This document shows positions 8,398 to 17,577 of a DNA stretch of 64,000 bases, in pieces. The translations under genes and the position numbers were made by a program. The DNA is from Alphaproteobacteria bacterium UBA998 (GTDB lineage: Bacteria > Pseudomonadota > Alphaproteobacteria > Rickettsiales > UBA998), in the NCBI GenBank assembly GCA_002291925.1, contig DBAY01000007.1:7853-71852 (forward strand), in the 5' to 3' direction. Positions within the stretch are counted from its first letter, which is position 1, and each line of letters starts with the position of its first letter. The notes under the pieces were generated by a model. The model was not told the DNA's origin. It saw nothing but the letters and a program-made list of their open reading frames with translations, and ran no database searches.

Positions 8398-9159
8398 ATG
8401 CCTGTTTCAACAAGGACGGTCATGCCGCTTTATCTCGAACGCACTTGCGCCTATATGCGCCGCCGTCTGGCGGAGGGAATCCGCGGCACGCTGGCCCAGC
8501 CTGCGGCCATGCTGCTGGCGCTCATCTTCACGCTGCTCTACCTGCCGCAGGCTTTTATCCTCATTGAGGACATGGGTTTAATCTCCGCCTTCGAGGTGGA
8601 TCCCGGTAGCCATATTCATGCCATGCGCGATGTGCTGGCGCATTACAGCATGCATGCCGGGTATCACAGCAAATATTATGGATGGACGTATTTTTTCATT
8701 CAATATGTGCTGCTGTCTCCTCTCTACCAGTTTAGTCAAGCATTCGGAGTGCCCGACGAAACAGCGATCTATTTTGGAATCCGTTTGATTCTTTTTGTGA
8801 TTGGCCTGGCGTCCACTCTTGCGTTCTACGCGCTTGTACATCGCCTTTTCAATCGCCAGACGCTTTCCCTGGCAGCAGGGGCAATGTATGCGCTCTCCCC
8901 GGTCACCGCGAAATTCTTTTACTTCATTCACCCGGAAACGACCGGAATTCTCTTTATATTTCTAAGTTTGCATGCCTTGCTTGATTTTCGCAGAAATCCT
9001 GGTGACGGGGTTATTTATACCGCCGGCGTATTCGCGCTTGTGCTGGCCTCTCTCAGCAAGCAGATTTACTTTCTTCTGGCCCTGCCGGTGATGTGGGTGT
9101 TCTTTCTGCATTTTGCCGAGTCGAGCGGCCGGGGCATCCTGAAAACCCTTTTTCAGTGA
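8398..9159 (+). CDS. GT-C fold (ArnT/PMT_2-like) membrane glycosyltransferase, N-terminal part
   Basis: A polytopic membrane protein. The first extracytoplasmic loop carries acidic residues (LIEDMGLISAFEVDPGSH), as in polyprenyl-phosphate-sugar dependent GT-C enzymes. It ends in TGA TGA. Confidence 0.6.
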   Translation: MPVSTRTVMPLYLERTCAYMRRRLAEGIRGTLAQPAAMLLALIFTLLYLPQAFILIEDMGLISAFEVDPGSHIHAMRDVLAHYSMHAGYHSKYYGWTYFFIQYVLLSPLYQFSQAFGVPDETAIYFGIRLILFVIGLASTLAFYALVHRLFNRQTLSLAAGAMYALSPVTAKFFYFIHPETTGILFIFLSLHALLDFRRNPGDGVIYTAGVFALVLASLSKQIYFLLALPVMWVFFLHFAESSGRGILKTLFQ

Positions 9160-10034
9160 TGATGGCACGAATGCTTGCGCTAACGGCGTTTGGCGCATTG
9201 GTCGTGTTTTTCATCATCCATCCGTCTGCGTTTATTCAGTTTCCGTTATTTCTTGAATACCAGTCCACTCTTGGGGGATTTGTGAATGGCGAGAATGCCA
9301 CTTCCCTGCAAAAGGCGCTCAGGCTGTGGAAGGAGGTGCTTGACGCGCATCCGGGAACGCTCATCCTGATGGCGCTGCTGATTCCGGGGATCATAGCGGG
9401 GTTTTGGTATTACCGCATTACGCGACGACCGGAAATGCTCTGGCTCGCAGTGAATGCGCTTTCAGCACTGCTACTGCTGGCGGTCATCATTACCATGAAC
9501 CGGTTGTTTATCATGGTAAGTTATCTTCAGCCGGTCTATCCCTTGCTCATTCTCAATTTCATCGCCCTGCTGGTATGGGCGCGAGATACGCAATGGCGCG
9601 GCGGGTGGGTGCTGCATGTCATAGGTATGTATCTTGGGGCAATACTGATTGGCGGCTTTATGCTCTATTCTGTTCAGGCGCTTTATGACCGATTGAATTA
9701 CAAGGATTCCATCGCATCGATCACGTACGAATATGTGCGCCAGAATGTGGGCGCGAACACGCGCGTGGTGCATGATCATTTCGTGGCGATACCTGAAGCC
9801 ATGAAGCTGCAGTCGTGCCACTATTGGCAGGGCTGCGGCACGGACGCAATTGAGGAGTTTGCGCCTGACGTACTGATGTTTAACCCGGAATTTCGCGTCT
9901 CTGAAAAGCCCTATGCCGAAACGGAGCGGCTGAAGCGCTATGTGCGCGAGCATGGCTTCATCCACGTCACCGATCTCAAGGCACAAAATGTCACCATTTC
10001 TGTCTATCGACGCCCTGAGAAGACAACACCGTAG
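9159..10034 (+). CDS. GT-C membrane glycosyltransferase, C-terminal part (more TM helices plus a soluble C-terminal domain)
   Basis: ATG at 9159 overlaps the upstream stop (TGATG). Several TM helices are followed by a ~110 aa soluble tail. The frame differs from 8398-9159. Confidence 0.55.
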   Translation: MMARMLALTAFGALVVFFIIHPSAFIQFPLFLEYQSTLGGFVNGENATSLQKALRLWKEVLDAHPGTLILMALLIPGIIAGFWYYRITRRPEMLWLAVNALSALLLLAVIITMNRLFIMVSYLQPVYPLLILNFIALLVWARDTQWRGGWVLHVIGMYLGAILIGGFMLYSVQALYDRLNYKDSIASITYEYVRQNVGANTRVVHDHFVAIPEAMKLQSCHYWQGCGTDAIEEFAPDVLMFNPEFRVSEKPYAETERLKRYVREHGFIHVTDLKAQNVTISVYRRPEKTTP

Positions 10035-10145
10035 TCATAATCTAGAGTAATGATCAACGTACAGTTTTTCTTGCGAAGTTGGAGCTGAGAAACTACGGTA
10101 GCGCCGTTTTTACCCACCCATCTGAACGATACGGAAAGACCAACC

Positions 10146-11372
10146 ATGCAGCCGAAAGTCGCTTACGCCAAAACCGTTTATGGCCAGAAGGAAATTGATG
10201 CCGTCGTCAAATGCCTGAACGAGAGCACGCAGATGGGCAAATATGCGAGCCAGTTCGAGGCGCGCATTGCCTCCCTCTTTGCCAAGAGGCACGGGCTGTT
10301 CGTCAATTCCGGTTCTTCGGCGCTCTATATCGGCATGGAAGCAATGGGCTTCACGCCGGGCGGAGAGGTCATCACTCCGGCGCTGACCTTCTCCACCACG
10401 GTGGGCTGCATCGTGAAATCAGGGCTGGTGCCCGTCTTCGTCGATGTCGGCGTCAGTGACTACTGCATCGATGTCAGCCGCATCGAGGAGATGGTGACGG
10501 ACAAGACGGTGGCCATCCTGGCTCCGAACCTGCTCGGCAATCTGTGCGAATGGGACAAGATCGCGGACATCGCCAAGCGCCATAACCTCAAGGTGATCGA
10601 GGATTCCGCTGATACGCTGGGCGCGACGCTGCACGGCAAGTCTAGCGGATACTGGAGCGACTGGTCGATCACCAGCTTCTACGGCTCGCACATCATCAAC
10701 TGCGCCGGCAATGGCGGCATGCTCTGCCTGAATGATCCGGATCAGCTGCGCGAGGCGAAGCTGCTGCGCTCCTGGGGCCGTTCCTCCTCGATCTTCGATG
10801 AGAAGAGCGAGGCGATTGAGAACCGGTTCAACGTGGATGTGGACGGGATTGAGTACGACGCGAAATTCATTTTCGAGCGCATCGGCTACAATTTGGAGGG
10901 CTCGGAGATCGGCGCTGCGTTCGGGCTCGCCCAGCTTGAGGATCTCGAGCAGAATATCCGCACCCGCGAGGCCAATTACGCCCGCCAGACGCGCTTCTTC
11001 CAGCAATATGAGGAATTCTTCGTGCTGCCGCAGCAGACCGAAGGAACCCGTACCGCCTGGCTCGCCTATCCGGTCGTCATCCGCCCGGATGCGCCCTTCA
11101 AGCGCCGCGAACTCCAGATTGCGCTGGAGAAACAGGCGGTGCAGACCCGCACGGTGTTCTCGGGCAACATCACCCGCCAGCCCGGCTACCGGAACCTGCC
11201 GATGCGCATCTCGCCGCAGGGGCTGGCCAACGCGGACAATATCATGCGCGGCGGCGTCCTGCTGGCCTGCCACCACGGCCTGACCGAGGAGATGTTCACC
11301 TACATGCACGGGCATATCGAGGAGTTCCTGCGGCCGTATCTGGCGCAGGGCCGTGTCTCCAAGGCGGTGTAA
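10146..11372 (+). CDS. DegT/DnrJ/EryC1-family PMP-dependent sugar 3-dehydratase (RfbH/E1/ColD-like)
   Basis: DegT fold motifs are present. The usual Schiff-base lysine position reads SFYGSHIINCAGNGG, with His instead of Lys. This is the hallmark of E1/ColD/SpnQ-type dehydratases. Confidence 0.75.
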   Translation: MQPKVAYAKTVYGQKEIDAVVKCLNESTQMGKYASQFEARIASLFAKRHGLFVNSGSSALYIGMEAMGFTPGGEVITPALTFSTTVGCIVKSGLVPVFVDVGVSDYCIDVSRIEEMVTDKTVAILAPNLLGNLCEWDKIADIAKRHNLKVIEDSADTLGATLHGKSSGYWSDWSITSFYGSHIINCAGNGGMLCLNDPDQLREAKLLRSWGRSSSIFDEKSEAIENRFNVDVDGIEYDAKFIFERIGYNLEGSEIGAAFGLAQLEDLEQNIRTREANYARQTRFFQQYEEFFVLPQQTEGTRTAWLAYPVVIRPDAPFKRRELQIALEKQAVQTRTVFSGNITRQPGYRNLPMRISPQGLANADNIMRGGVLLACHHGLTEEMFTYMHGHIEEFLRPYLAQGRVSKAV

Positions 11373-11378
11373 TCGCGC

Positions 11379-12326
11379 ATGGCGGCGAAGAAGCTGATCT
11401 CCATTGTCATCCCGGCCTATAACGAGGAGGCCTGCACCGCCCCGCTTGAGCGCGGCATCAGCGGCATCATCGACAGCCTGCCGCAGTATGATTTCGAGGT
11501 GATCATCGTCGAGAACGGCTCGTATGACCGCACCTACGAGCAGCTGATGGAAATCCACCAGCGCGATGGCCGTTACAAGATCGTCAAGCTGACCCGCAAT
11601 GTCGGCCCGGAAAACGCCATCTGTGCCGGCCTGCAGTTCGCGCGCGGGGATGCGGCCATCATCACCTATGCCGACCTCGAAGACCCGCCCCACCTGATGC
11701 GCGACTTCATCGCCAAATGGGAGGAGGGCTACAAGCATGTATACGGCATCACGCGGCAGCGGCAGGGCAGCCGCCTGCGGCGCTTCAATTCCCAGCTTTT
11801 CTATACCATCATCAACCGGCTGACCAATAACGTGGTGCCGAAGAATGTAGCGGATTTCCGGCTGGTCGACCGGCAGGTCTACCAGGAGATCAACCGCATC
11901 ACCGAGAAGAACCGCTTCCTGCGGGGCCTGTTCGCGTGGCTGAACTATAAATCCTTCGGCATCGAATATGACCGCAACACCACGCGGGCGGGCGGCGAAT
12001 CGAAAGCCTCGACGCTGGTGGTGCTGGCGCTGGCGCTCAAGGCCATTTTCTCCTACTCGAATTTTCCCCTCAAGATCGCCAGTATTCTGGGTTGCGTCAC
12101 CGGGGGGCTCTCGCTGCTCGCCATCGTCTATTTCATCGTGCAGTATCTCTTCTTCGATACGTTTCCCTTCAGCGGGTTTGGCACCATCGTGGTGCTGATG
12201 CTGCTGATGTTCAGCATCCTCTTCTTCCTGATCGGGATTCTGGGTGAATATGTGGCGCTGATTTACAGCGAGGTGAAGGGGCGCCCGCTCTTCGTGGTGG
12301 ATGAGCTGGTCGGGATCCGTCCGTGA
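11379..12326 (+). CDS. GT2 polyprenyl-phosphate glycosyltransferase (GtrB/ArnC-like)
   Basis: SIVIPAYNEE, IIVENGSYDRT and YADLEDPP motifs, plus two C-terminal TM helices, as in GtrB/ArnC. Confidence 0.85.
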   Translation: MAAKKLISIVIPAYNEEACTAPLERGISGIIDSLPQYDFEVIIVENGSYDRTYEQLMEIHQRDGRYKIVKLTRNVGPENAICAGLQFARGDAAIITYADLEDPPHLMRDFIAKWEEGYKHVYGITRQRQGSRLRRFNSQLFYTIINRLTNNVVPKNVADFRLVDRQVYQEINRITEKNRFLRGLFAWLNYKSFGIEYDRNTTRAGGESKASTLVVLALALKAIFSYSNFPLKIASILGCVTGGLSLLAIVYFIVQYLFFDTFPFSGFGTIVVLMLLMFSILFFLIGILGEYVALIYSEVKGRPLFVVDELVGIRP

Positions 12327-12757
12327 CGACGGACGAGGCCGCGGGAATACGCTTCTGGCCGCTGGCAGTTTTTTTCCGCCTGCCGCAGCCGCTGCGCTAT
12401 CTGCTGATCGGTGGCTATAACACGGTCATGAGCGGCGCGCTCTATGCCGGGCTCTACCTGTTGCTCGGCGAGAAGCTGCATTACCTCCTGATCCTGGTGC
12501 TGAATTACCTGATCTCGGTTACCCATTCCTTCCTGACGATGAAGTACCTCGTTTTTCGCAGCCGCGGCCATGTCTGGCGGGAGTATCTGCGCTGCCAGCT
12601 TTCCTACCTAACGCTGCTCGGAGCCAATATTCCGTTGCTCAGCCTGCTGGTGGACGGTCTGGGTATGGGCGCCATTCTTGCCCAGTTTATCTGCACCGTG
12701 GTCATCGCGGCGCTGGGCTACGTCCTGCACAAGCGCTTCTCCTTCGCGGCGCGGTAG
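12323..12757 (+). CDS. GtrA-family small membrane protein
   Basis: 144 aa with four TM helices. Motifs YLLIGGYNTVMSGALY and HKRFSF are typical of GtrA. The GTG start overlaps the upstream stop (GTGA). Confidence 0.8.
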   Translation: MTTDEAAGIRFWPLAVFFRLPQPLRYLLIGGYNTVMSGALYAGLYLLLGEKLHYLLILVLNYLISVTHSFLTMKYLVFRSRGHVWREYLRCQLSYLTLLGANIPLLSLLVDGLGMGAILAQFICTVVIAALGYVLHKRFSFAAR

Positions 12758-12784
12758 CGACGCTCGGCAGAGTCTTCCGGTATT

Positions 12785-14557
12785 TCAGGCGGCGGCTGGC
12801 CGGGTCTTGCGCTGATGGTCGGCCACGAAGGGGTTGTCGGCGATGAATTCGCTATCGCTCAGATAGGGGAACTGGTCATGCAGCGGATTGCCCAGCTCCA
12901 GTTTCGGCTCCAGCACCGTATTCGGGTGGATGATCACGTCGATGAGCCGCGCGCCGCCGCTGAAGGGGGAGGCGGCGATGTCCTCCAGCTGCTCCACGCG
13001 CTGATAGCCGATGCCGTAAGCCTCGGCCAGTTTGCTGAAATCCGGGCAGCTATAGCCGTGGCCGGTCGCGGCATAGCGCCCGGCGAAGTTGAGGTCCTGA
13101 AACTGCTTGATGATGCCATAGCCGCCGTTATTCATCACGATGATGGTGATCGGCAGCCCGTGCTCGCGGATGACTTGCAGCTCTTGAATGTTGAGTTGCA
13201 TCCCGCCATCGCCGATGACAGCGATCACCTGCCGGCCCGGCTGCACGAGCGCCGCGCCGATGGCCGCCGGCAGCGCATAGCCCATCGGCGAGTTGCCCCC
13301 GGCGGTGAATATGGCCTGACGGCGGCGCAGGAAGGTCTGGAAAAGCCAGCACATGGCGGCGCCGGTATCGCCGATGACCACGGCATCCTCCGTGACATAC
13401 TCGCTGAGACGCTCGATGACGGCGTAGGGCGAGAGCGTGCCGCTGCGCTCGGCGAACTGGCTGTGCGTTTTGCCAAAATAGCGCGCGTGCATCTGCCCCA
13501 CATAGCTGCGCCACGCGGGTGACTGCACCGGCGCGGGCACCTGATCCAGCACGCTCCCGAACCCGGCGAAATTCGCCTGGATCGTCCGGTATTCGTTGAT
13601 GGCGTATTTCCGCAGCTCCTCGCCGTCCACGTCAATCGCCAGCACTTCGGCGCTGATGGCGAACAGCTTGGTGTTGGAGCCGCGCTGGCGGTTATCGAGC
13701 CGGCTGCCGAGGACGAGCAGGCGATCACAATTCTGCACGAGGCAGTTTGCACCGCGATTGCCATAGACACCGATGGTGCCGTGATAATTCGGCGAGTAAT
13801 TGTCGAAATAGCGCATGCCGTTCCAGCTAGCGACAAACGAGATGCCGTGGCGGTTCAGGAAGGCCTCGACGGCGGCCGCTTCCTGCGCCCCCGCCAAGCC
13901 CGGCCCGGCACCGAAAATGGCCAGCGGCCGCTCACCGCCGCGGAAGAACTCGGAGATGCGCTGCGCGATGGCGGTATCTTCCGACGCGCTGCGCGAAGAG
14001 ACGGCGGGCGGTGCATATTGCAGGACGCTGCCCATATCTTCCTGCTGCACATTCATCGGCACGTCGATCAGCACCGGACCCTTGCGGTCGCTGATAGCGA
14101 TGTTCCATGCCTTCTCCAGCTCGCGGCGCAGTTCCTCGCCGCTGGTCACCTGCACGGCGTATTTAGTGATCGGGCGGACCATGTCGACGATCTTGGTTTC
14201 CTGGAACCCGGCCTGCCGGACATCCGCGCCGAGATATTGCGCGCTCTCCCGCAGGTTGATCTGCCCGGTGATGTGAATGGAGGGGATGGAGTCGAAATAG
14301 GAGCAGGCGATGCCGGTGATGAGATTGGTGGCGCCGGGCCCGGACGTCGCGACCGTCACCCCCGGAATGCCGGTGGTGCGCCAGACGGCATCCGCCGCCA
14401 TCGCCGCGCCCTGCTCATGGTGAAAGCAGGTATAGCCCAGCTGCGGGTGGCGTTCGATGGCATCAATGATGAAGGCGCAGGCCCCGCCCGTCATCAGGAA
14501 GACATTGGAGACGCCGCGCTGATGCAGGAACTCCGCAATGTATTCCGAGCCGTTCAT
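12785..14557 (-). CDS. Thiamine-diphosphate enzyme of the acetolactate-synthase large-subunit family (YerE-like candidate)
   Basis: Start taken at MNGSEYIAEFL (ATG 14557). The N-terminal ThDP pyrimidine domain has HEQGAAMAADA and TSGPGATNL. The ThDP motif is GDGGMQLNIQELQVIREHGLPITIIVMNNGGYG. Confidence 0.85.
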   Translation of the reverse strand: MNGSEYIAEFLHQRGVSNVFLMTGGACAFIIDAIERHPQLGYTCFHHEQGAAMAADAVWRTTGIPGVTVATSGPGATNLITGIACSYFDSIPSIHITGQINLRESAQYLGADVRQAGFQETKIVDMVRPITKYAVQVTSGEELRRELEKAWNIAISDRKGPVLIDVPMNVQQEDMGSVLQYAPPAVSSRSASEDTAIAQRISEFFRGGERPLAIFGAGPGLAGAQEAAAVEAFLNRHGISFVASWNGMRYFDNYSPNYHGTIGVYGNRGANCLVQNCDRLLVLGSRLDNRQRGSNTKLFAISAEVLAIDVDGEELRKYAINEYRTIQANFAGFGSVLDQVPAPVQSPAWRSYVGQMHARYFGKTHSQFAERSGTLSPYAVIERLSEYVTEDAVVIGDTGAAMCWLFQTFLRRRQAIFTAGGNSPMGYALPAAIGAALVQPGRQVIAVIGDGGMQLNIQELQVIREHGLPITIIVMNNGGYGIIKQFQDLNFAGRYAATGHGYSCPDFSKLAEAYGIGYQRVEQLEDIAASPFSGGARLIDVIIHPNTVLEPKLELGNPLHDQFPYLSDSEFIADNPFVADHQRKTRPAAA

Positions 14558-14558
14558 C

Positions 14559-16406
14559 TCAGAACGCGCGCCGCATGGTGACGTCGTAGGCAGCAGCGGG
14601 CTCATATTCGGAAGCCACGATCTCCTGATAGAAGCTCTGCCCGGCTTCGGAGACGCGGCGCATCGGAACGCGCAGGATCTCGCTGAAGCCCAGCGCCTCA
14701 TACAGGCGCACGGCCGGGGTGTTATGGCCGAGGACGCGCAGATACATGTGCGCCAGGTCGAACTCCTGTTTCGCCCAGTCGATCAGCGCCGTGCAGGCAG
14801 CCTGCATGATGCCCTTCTCCGCGCCTGCTACGCCGCGCACGATGTTGTCGAGCTCGCAGAAGCGTTGCTGGTGATTGAAGCGGAAGAGGCCGACATGGCC
14901 GATTTTCTCGCCCTTCGCATTCTCCACGAAGAAGAGGAGGCGGTCCGGCACCTCGAACAGGGCCTTGTCCATCCAGCGCTGCGTCCCTTCCTCGGTCACA
15001 GTGAACTGCGAGGGGAACCATTCCTGCGCGTTGCGACGCCAGTCGGCCAGCAGCTTCACCAGCTCCGGCCGGGAGGAATCCTGTTGCGTGACCGGCACGA
15101 GGCGGCCCTTCTGGCCCTGCGCGCCATAGGTGAAGGCCAGCGACGGGTTTTCCTCGCCGGTCTTGATGCGGCGCAGCGTGGCGGTGGTCCGCTCGCGGCG
15201 GGCGAGCCAGCCGCCGACCGGGATGGAGGCGCTGCCGCCGCGCGTGCGCGCCAGGATATCGCGCACATGGCCGCAGATATAGTCGATTTCCTCCTCGGTG
15301 CGGTTATGGCCGCTGGGCAGGTTGATGCCGCGCAGCCCGACATGGTACGCGGTCGGGTTGGCGGCCTGGGTGAACATCGGGAAGGCGCTGATCGGGTAGA
15401 AGATCGGCCGGGAGTCGACCTTGCGTTGCTTCAGCTCAGCGATGAAGGCGTCACGCTCTAGCGGCACCTTGTCCGAGAGGACGATGGAGCTCATCCAGTA
15501 GATGTTCTTGGCCCACGGCTTCTGGCCGTTGATGCTGATCTCCGGGATGTCCTGCAACCGCTCCTGGTACCATTTGAAGATCTGGATGCGGCGCTCGACA
15601 ATCTCCTCGGCCCGTTCGATCTGGGCGAGGCCGATGGCCGCCTGCACGTTCGACATCTTGTATTTGAAGCCGATCGACTCGTTGAAGAGGACCTTTGTCT
15701 TGCTGCGGCCATGGTCGCCGATGATGCGGGCGCGGTCCATCAACTCGGCGTCCGACGTGACGAGCATGCCGCCCTCGCCGGTCACCACCGCCTTGGCGCC
15801 CTGGAAGCTGAAGGCCGCGGCATTGCCGATCGAGCCGGTCTTGCGGCCGTAATATTCCGCGCCGATGGCCTGCGCCGAATCCTCGAAGACGAAGAGGTTA
15901 TGCTTGCGGGCCAGCTCCAGCAGCGGGTTCATGTCGCAGGGATGGCCGTAGAGATGCACCGGCATGATGGCCTTGGTGCGCGGGGTAATGAGCCGCTCCA
16001 CGCTTTCGGGCAGCATGGTCCAGGATTCCGGGTCAATGTCGCAGAAGACCGGGGTGGCGCCGGTGTAGACGACCGCCGAGGCGGTGGCGATCCAGGTCAG
16101 CTCCGGCACGATGACCTCGTCGCCCTCGCCGATGCCGGCGGCCAGCAGTGCCAGATGCATGGCGCCGGTGCAGCTGGAGGTGGCCATGGCATGGCTGGTG
16201 CCGACATAGCCGGCAAAGGTCTTCTCGAATTTCGCGAGATATTCTCCCCATTTATCGTTCCAGCCATTCTTCACGGCATCGACGCCGTAAGCCACTTCGC
16301 GGGTGGAAATGGTCGGCCCGGCGGTCAGGATGAGCTGGGAGATGGTGCGCGGCGCCTCTTCCACGTCGGAGGAGAGGGTCGGCTTTTCAGCGAGCGAGGG
16401 GGTCAT
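14559..16406 (-). CDS. Fusion protein: DegT-family sugar aminotransferase (N) plus GNAT N-acetyltransferase (C)
   Basis: The aminotransferase part retains the catalytic lysine (FSFQGAKAVVTGEGG). The C-terminal ~170 aa have a GNAT core (IGHVGLFRF...GIMQAACTALIDWA...LRVLGHNTPAVRLYEALGF). Confidence 0.85.
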   Translation of the reverse strand: MTPSLAEKPTLSSDVEEAPRTISQLILTAGPTISTREVAYGVDAVKNGWNDKWGEYLAKFEKTFAGYVGTSHAMATSSCTGAMHLALLAAGIGEGDEVIVPELTWIATASAVVYTGATPVFCDIDPESWTMLPESVERLITPRTKAIMPVHLYGHPCDMNPLLELARKHNLFVFEDSAQAIGAEYYGRKTGSIGNAAAFSFQGAKAVVTGEGGMLVTSDAELMDRARIIGDHGRSKTKVLFNESIGFKYKMSNVQAAIGLAQIERAEEIVERRIQIFKWYQERLQDIPEISINGQKPWAKNIYWMSSIVLSDKVPLERDAFIAELKQRKVDSRPIFYPISAFPMFTQAANPTAYHVGLRGINLPSGHNRTEEEIDYICGHVRDILARTRGGSASIPVGGWLARRERTTATLRRIKTGEENPSLAFTYGAQGQKGRLVPVTQQDSSRPELVKLLADWRRNAQEWFPSQFTVTEEGTQRWMDKALFEVPDRLLFFVENAKGEKIGHVGLFRFNHQQRFCELDNIVRGVAGAEKGIMQAACTALIDWAKQEFDLAHMYLRVLGHNTPAVRLYEALGFSEILRVPMRRVSEAGQSFYQEIVASEYEPAAAYDVTMRRAF

Positions 16407-16506
16407 GGGTGCAGAAACTTCTCTAATGACAACATGTTGGAAAAACCATATCTACGCCTTGCTTCCAGCCCTGTCAAAGGGATTCCTGACGCCCATCCAC
16501 GGCGTA

Positions 16507-17577
16507 TCAGAGACCGGCCAGATCGAGGTATTGCGTGATCTGGCGCAGGGTGACGGCGTGCATGTCGGCCTTGGCGAAATACTCGCCGAACCAGTCCGCC
16601 GTCAGCTGGATGGCTTCTTCCTGCGTATAGCGCGGGCGCCAGCCGATGGCATGCTTGATCTGGCTGTTATCGAGCCGCAGCGTCAGGGTTTCATGCAGGC
16701 GGTCATCGCGTTCGATGCGGTACTCGCCGCGTCCGAGCGTGGTGATGAATATTTGTGTCAGCGCCTCAACGGTGATCGGATGCACGTCATCCGGGCCGAA
16801 ATTGAAGGCGGTGGCAAAGCGGGCACCTTCCGTGTGCAGCCATGCCGCCAGCATCAGATAGCCGGCGACCACCTCGATGACATGCTGCCAGGGACGAATG
16901 GCGTCCGGTGAGCGAAGCGTCACCGTTTGCCCGCGCATGACGCTCTCGACGATGTCGGGAATCAGGCGGTCCTGCGAGAAATCGCCGCCTCCGATGACGT
17001 TGCCCGCGCGCGCCGAAGCCAGATGAATTCCGGCCTCCGCGAAAAAGGAGCGCCGGTAGGAGGTGGTGATAAGCTCCGCACAGGCCTTGGAGGCGGAGTA
17101 GGGGTCATGGCCGCCCAGCCGGTCGTTCTCGCGATAGGGCCAGACCCATTCGGCGTTCTCGTAGCATTTGTCGGTCGTGATATTGAGCACGGTACGGCAG
17201 CTGTTCTGGCGCCGGATCGCCTCGAACAGATGGACCGTGCCGAGAATATTGGTCTGCCACGTTTCCAGCGGGTCGCGGTAGGAGGCGCGCACCAGCGGTT
17301 GCGCGGCCATATGGATGATGATGTCCGGGCGGGCGGCGGCCATCGCGGCTTCCAGCGCCACGGCGTCGCGGATATCGCCGTAGGTGGAGCGGGTGATGCG
17401 GTCACCGATGGACAGCTGCTCGAACAGGTTGCCGCGAAGATTCACCGGCGGCAGGGCGAATCCGTACACTTCCGCGCCGAGATGCGCCAGAAGCAGCGCC
17501 ATCCAGCTCCCCTTGAAGCCGGTATGGCCGGTGAGGAAAATCCGTTTTCCGGCGTAGAAATCCGCAAGGCGCGTCAT
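16507..17577 (-). CDS. rfbG: CDP-glucose 4,6-dehydratase
   Basis: GKRIFLTGHTGFKGSWMALLL Rossmann motif and YSASK catalytic motif. 356 aa. The ATGA overlap with rfbF suggests translational coupling. Confidence 0.9.
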   Translation of the reverse strand: MTRLADFYAGKRIFLTGHTGFKGSWMALLLAHLGAEVYGFALPPVNLRGNLFEQLSIGDRITRSTYGDIRDAVALEAAMAAARPDIIIHMAAQPLVRASYRDPLETWQTNILGTVHLFEAIRRQNSCRTVLNITTDKCYENAEWVWPYRENDRLGGHDPYSASKACAELITTSYRRSFFAEAGIHLASARAGNVIGGGDFSQDRLIPDIVESVMRGQTVTLRSPDAIRPWQHVIEVVAGYLMLAAWLHTEGARFATAFNFGPDDVHPITVEALTQIFITTLGRGEYRIERDDRLHETLTLRLDNSQIKHAIGWRPRYTQEEAIQLTADWFGEYFAKADMHAVTLRQITQYLDLAGL

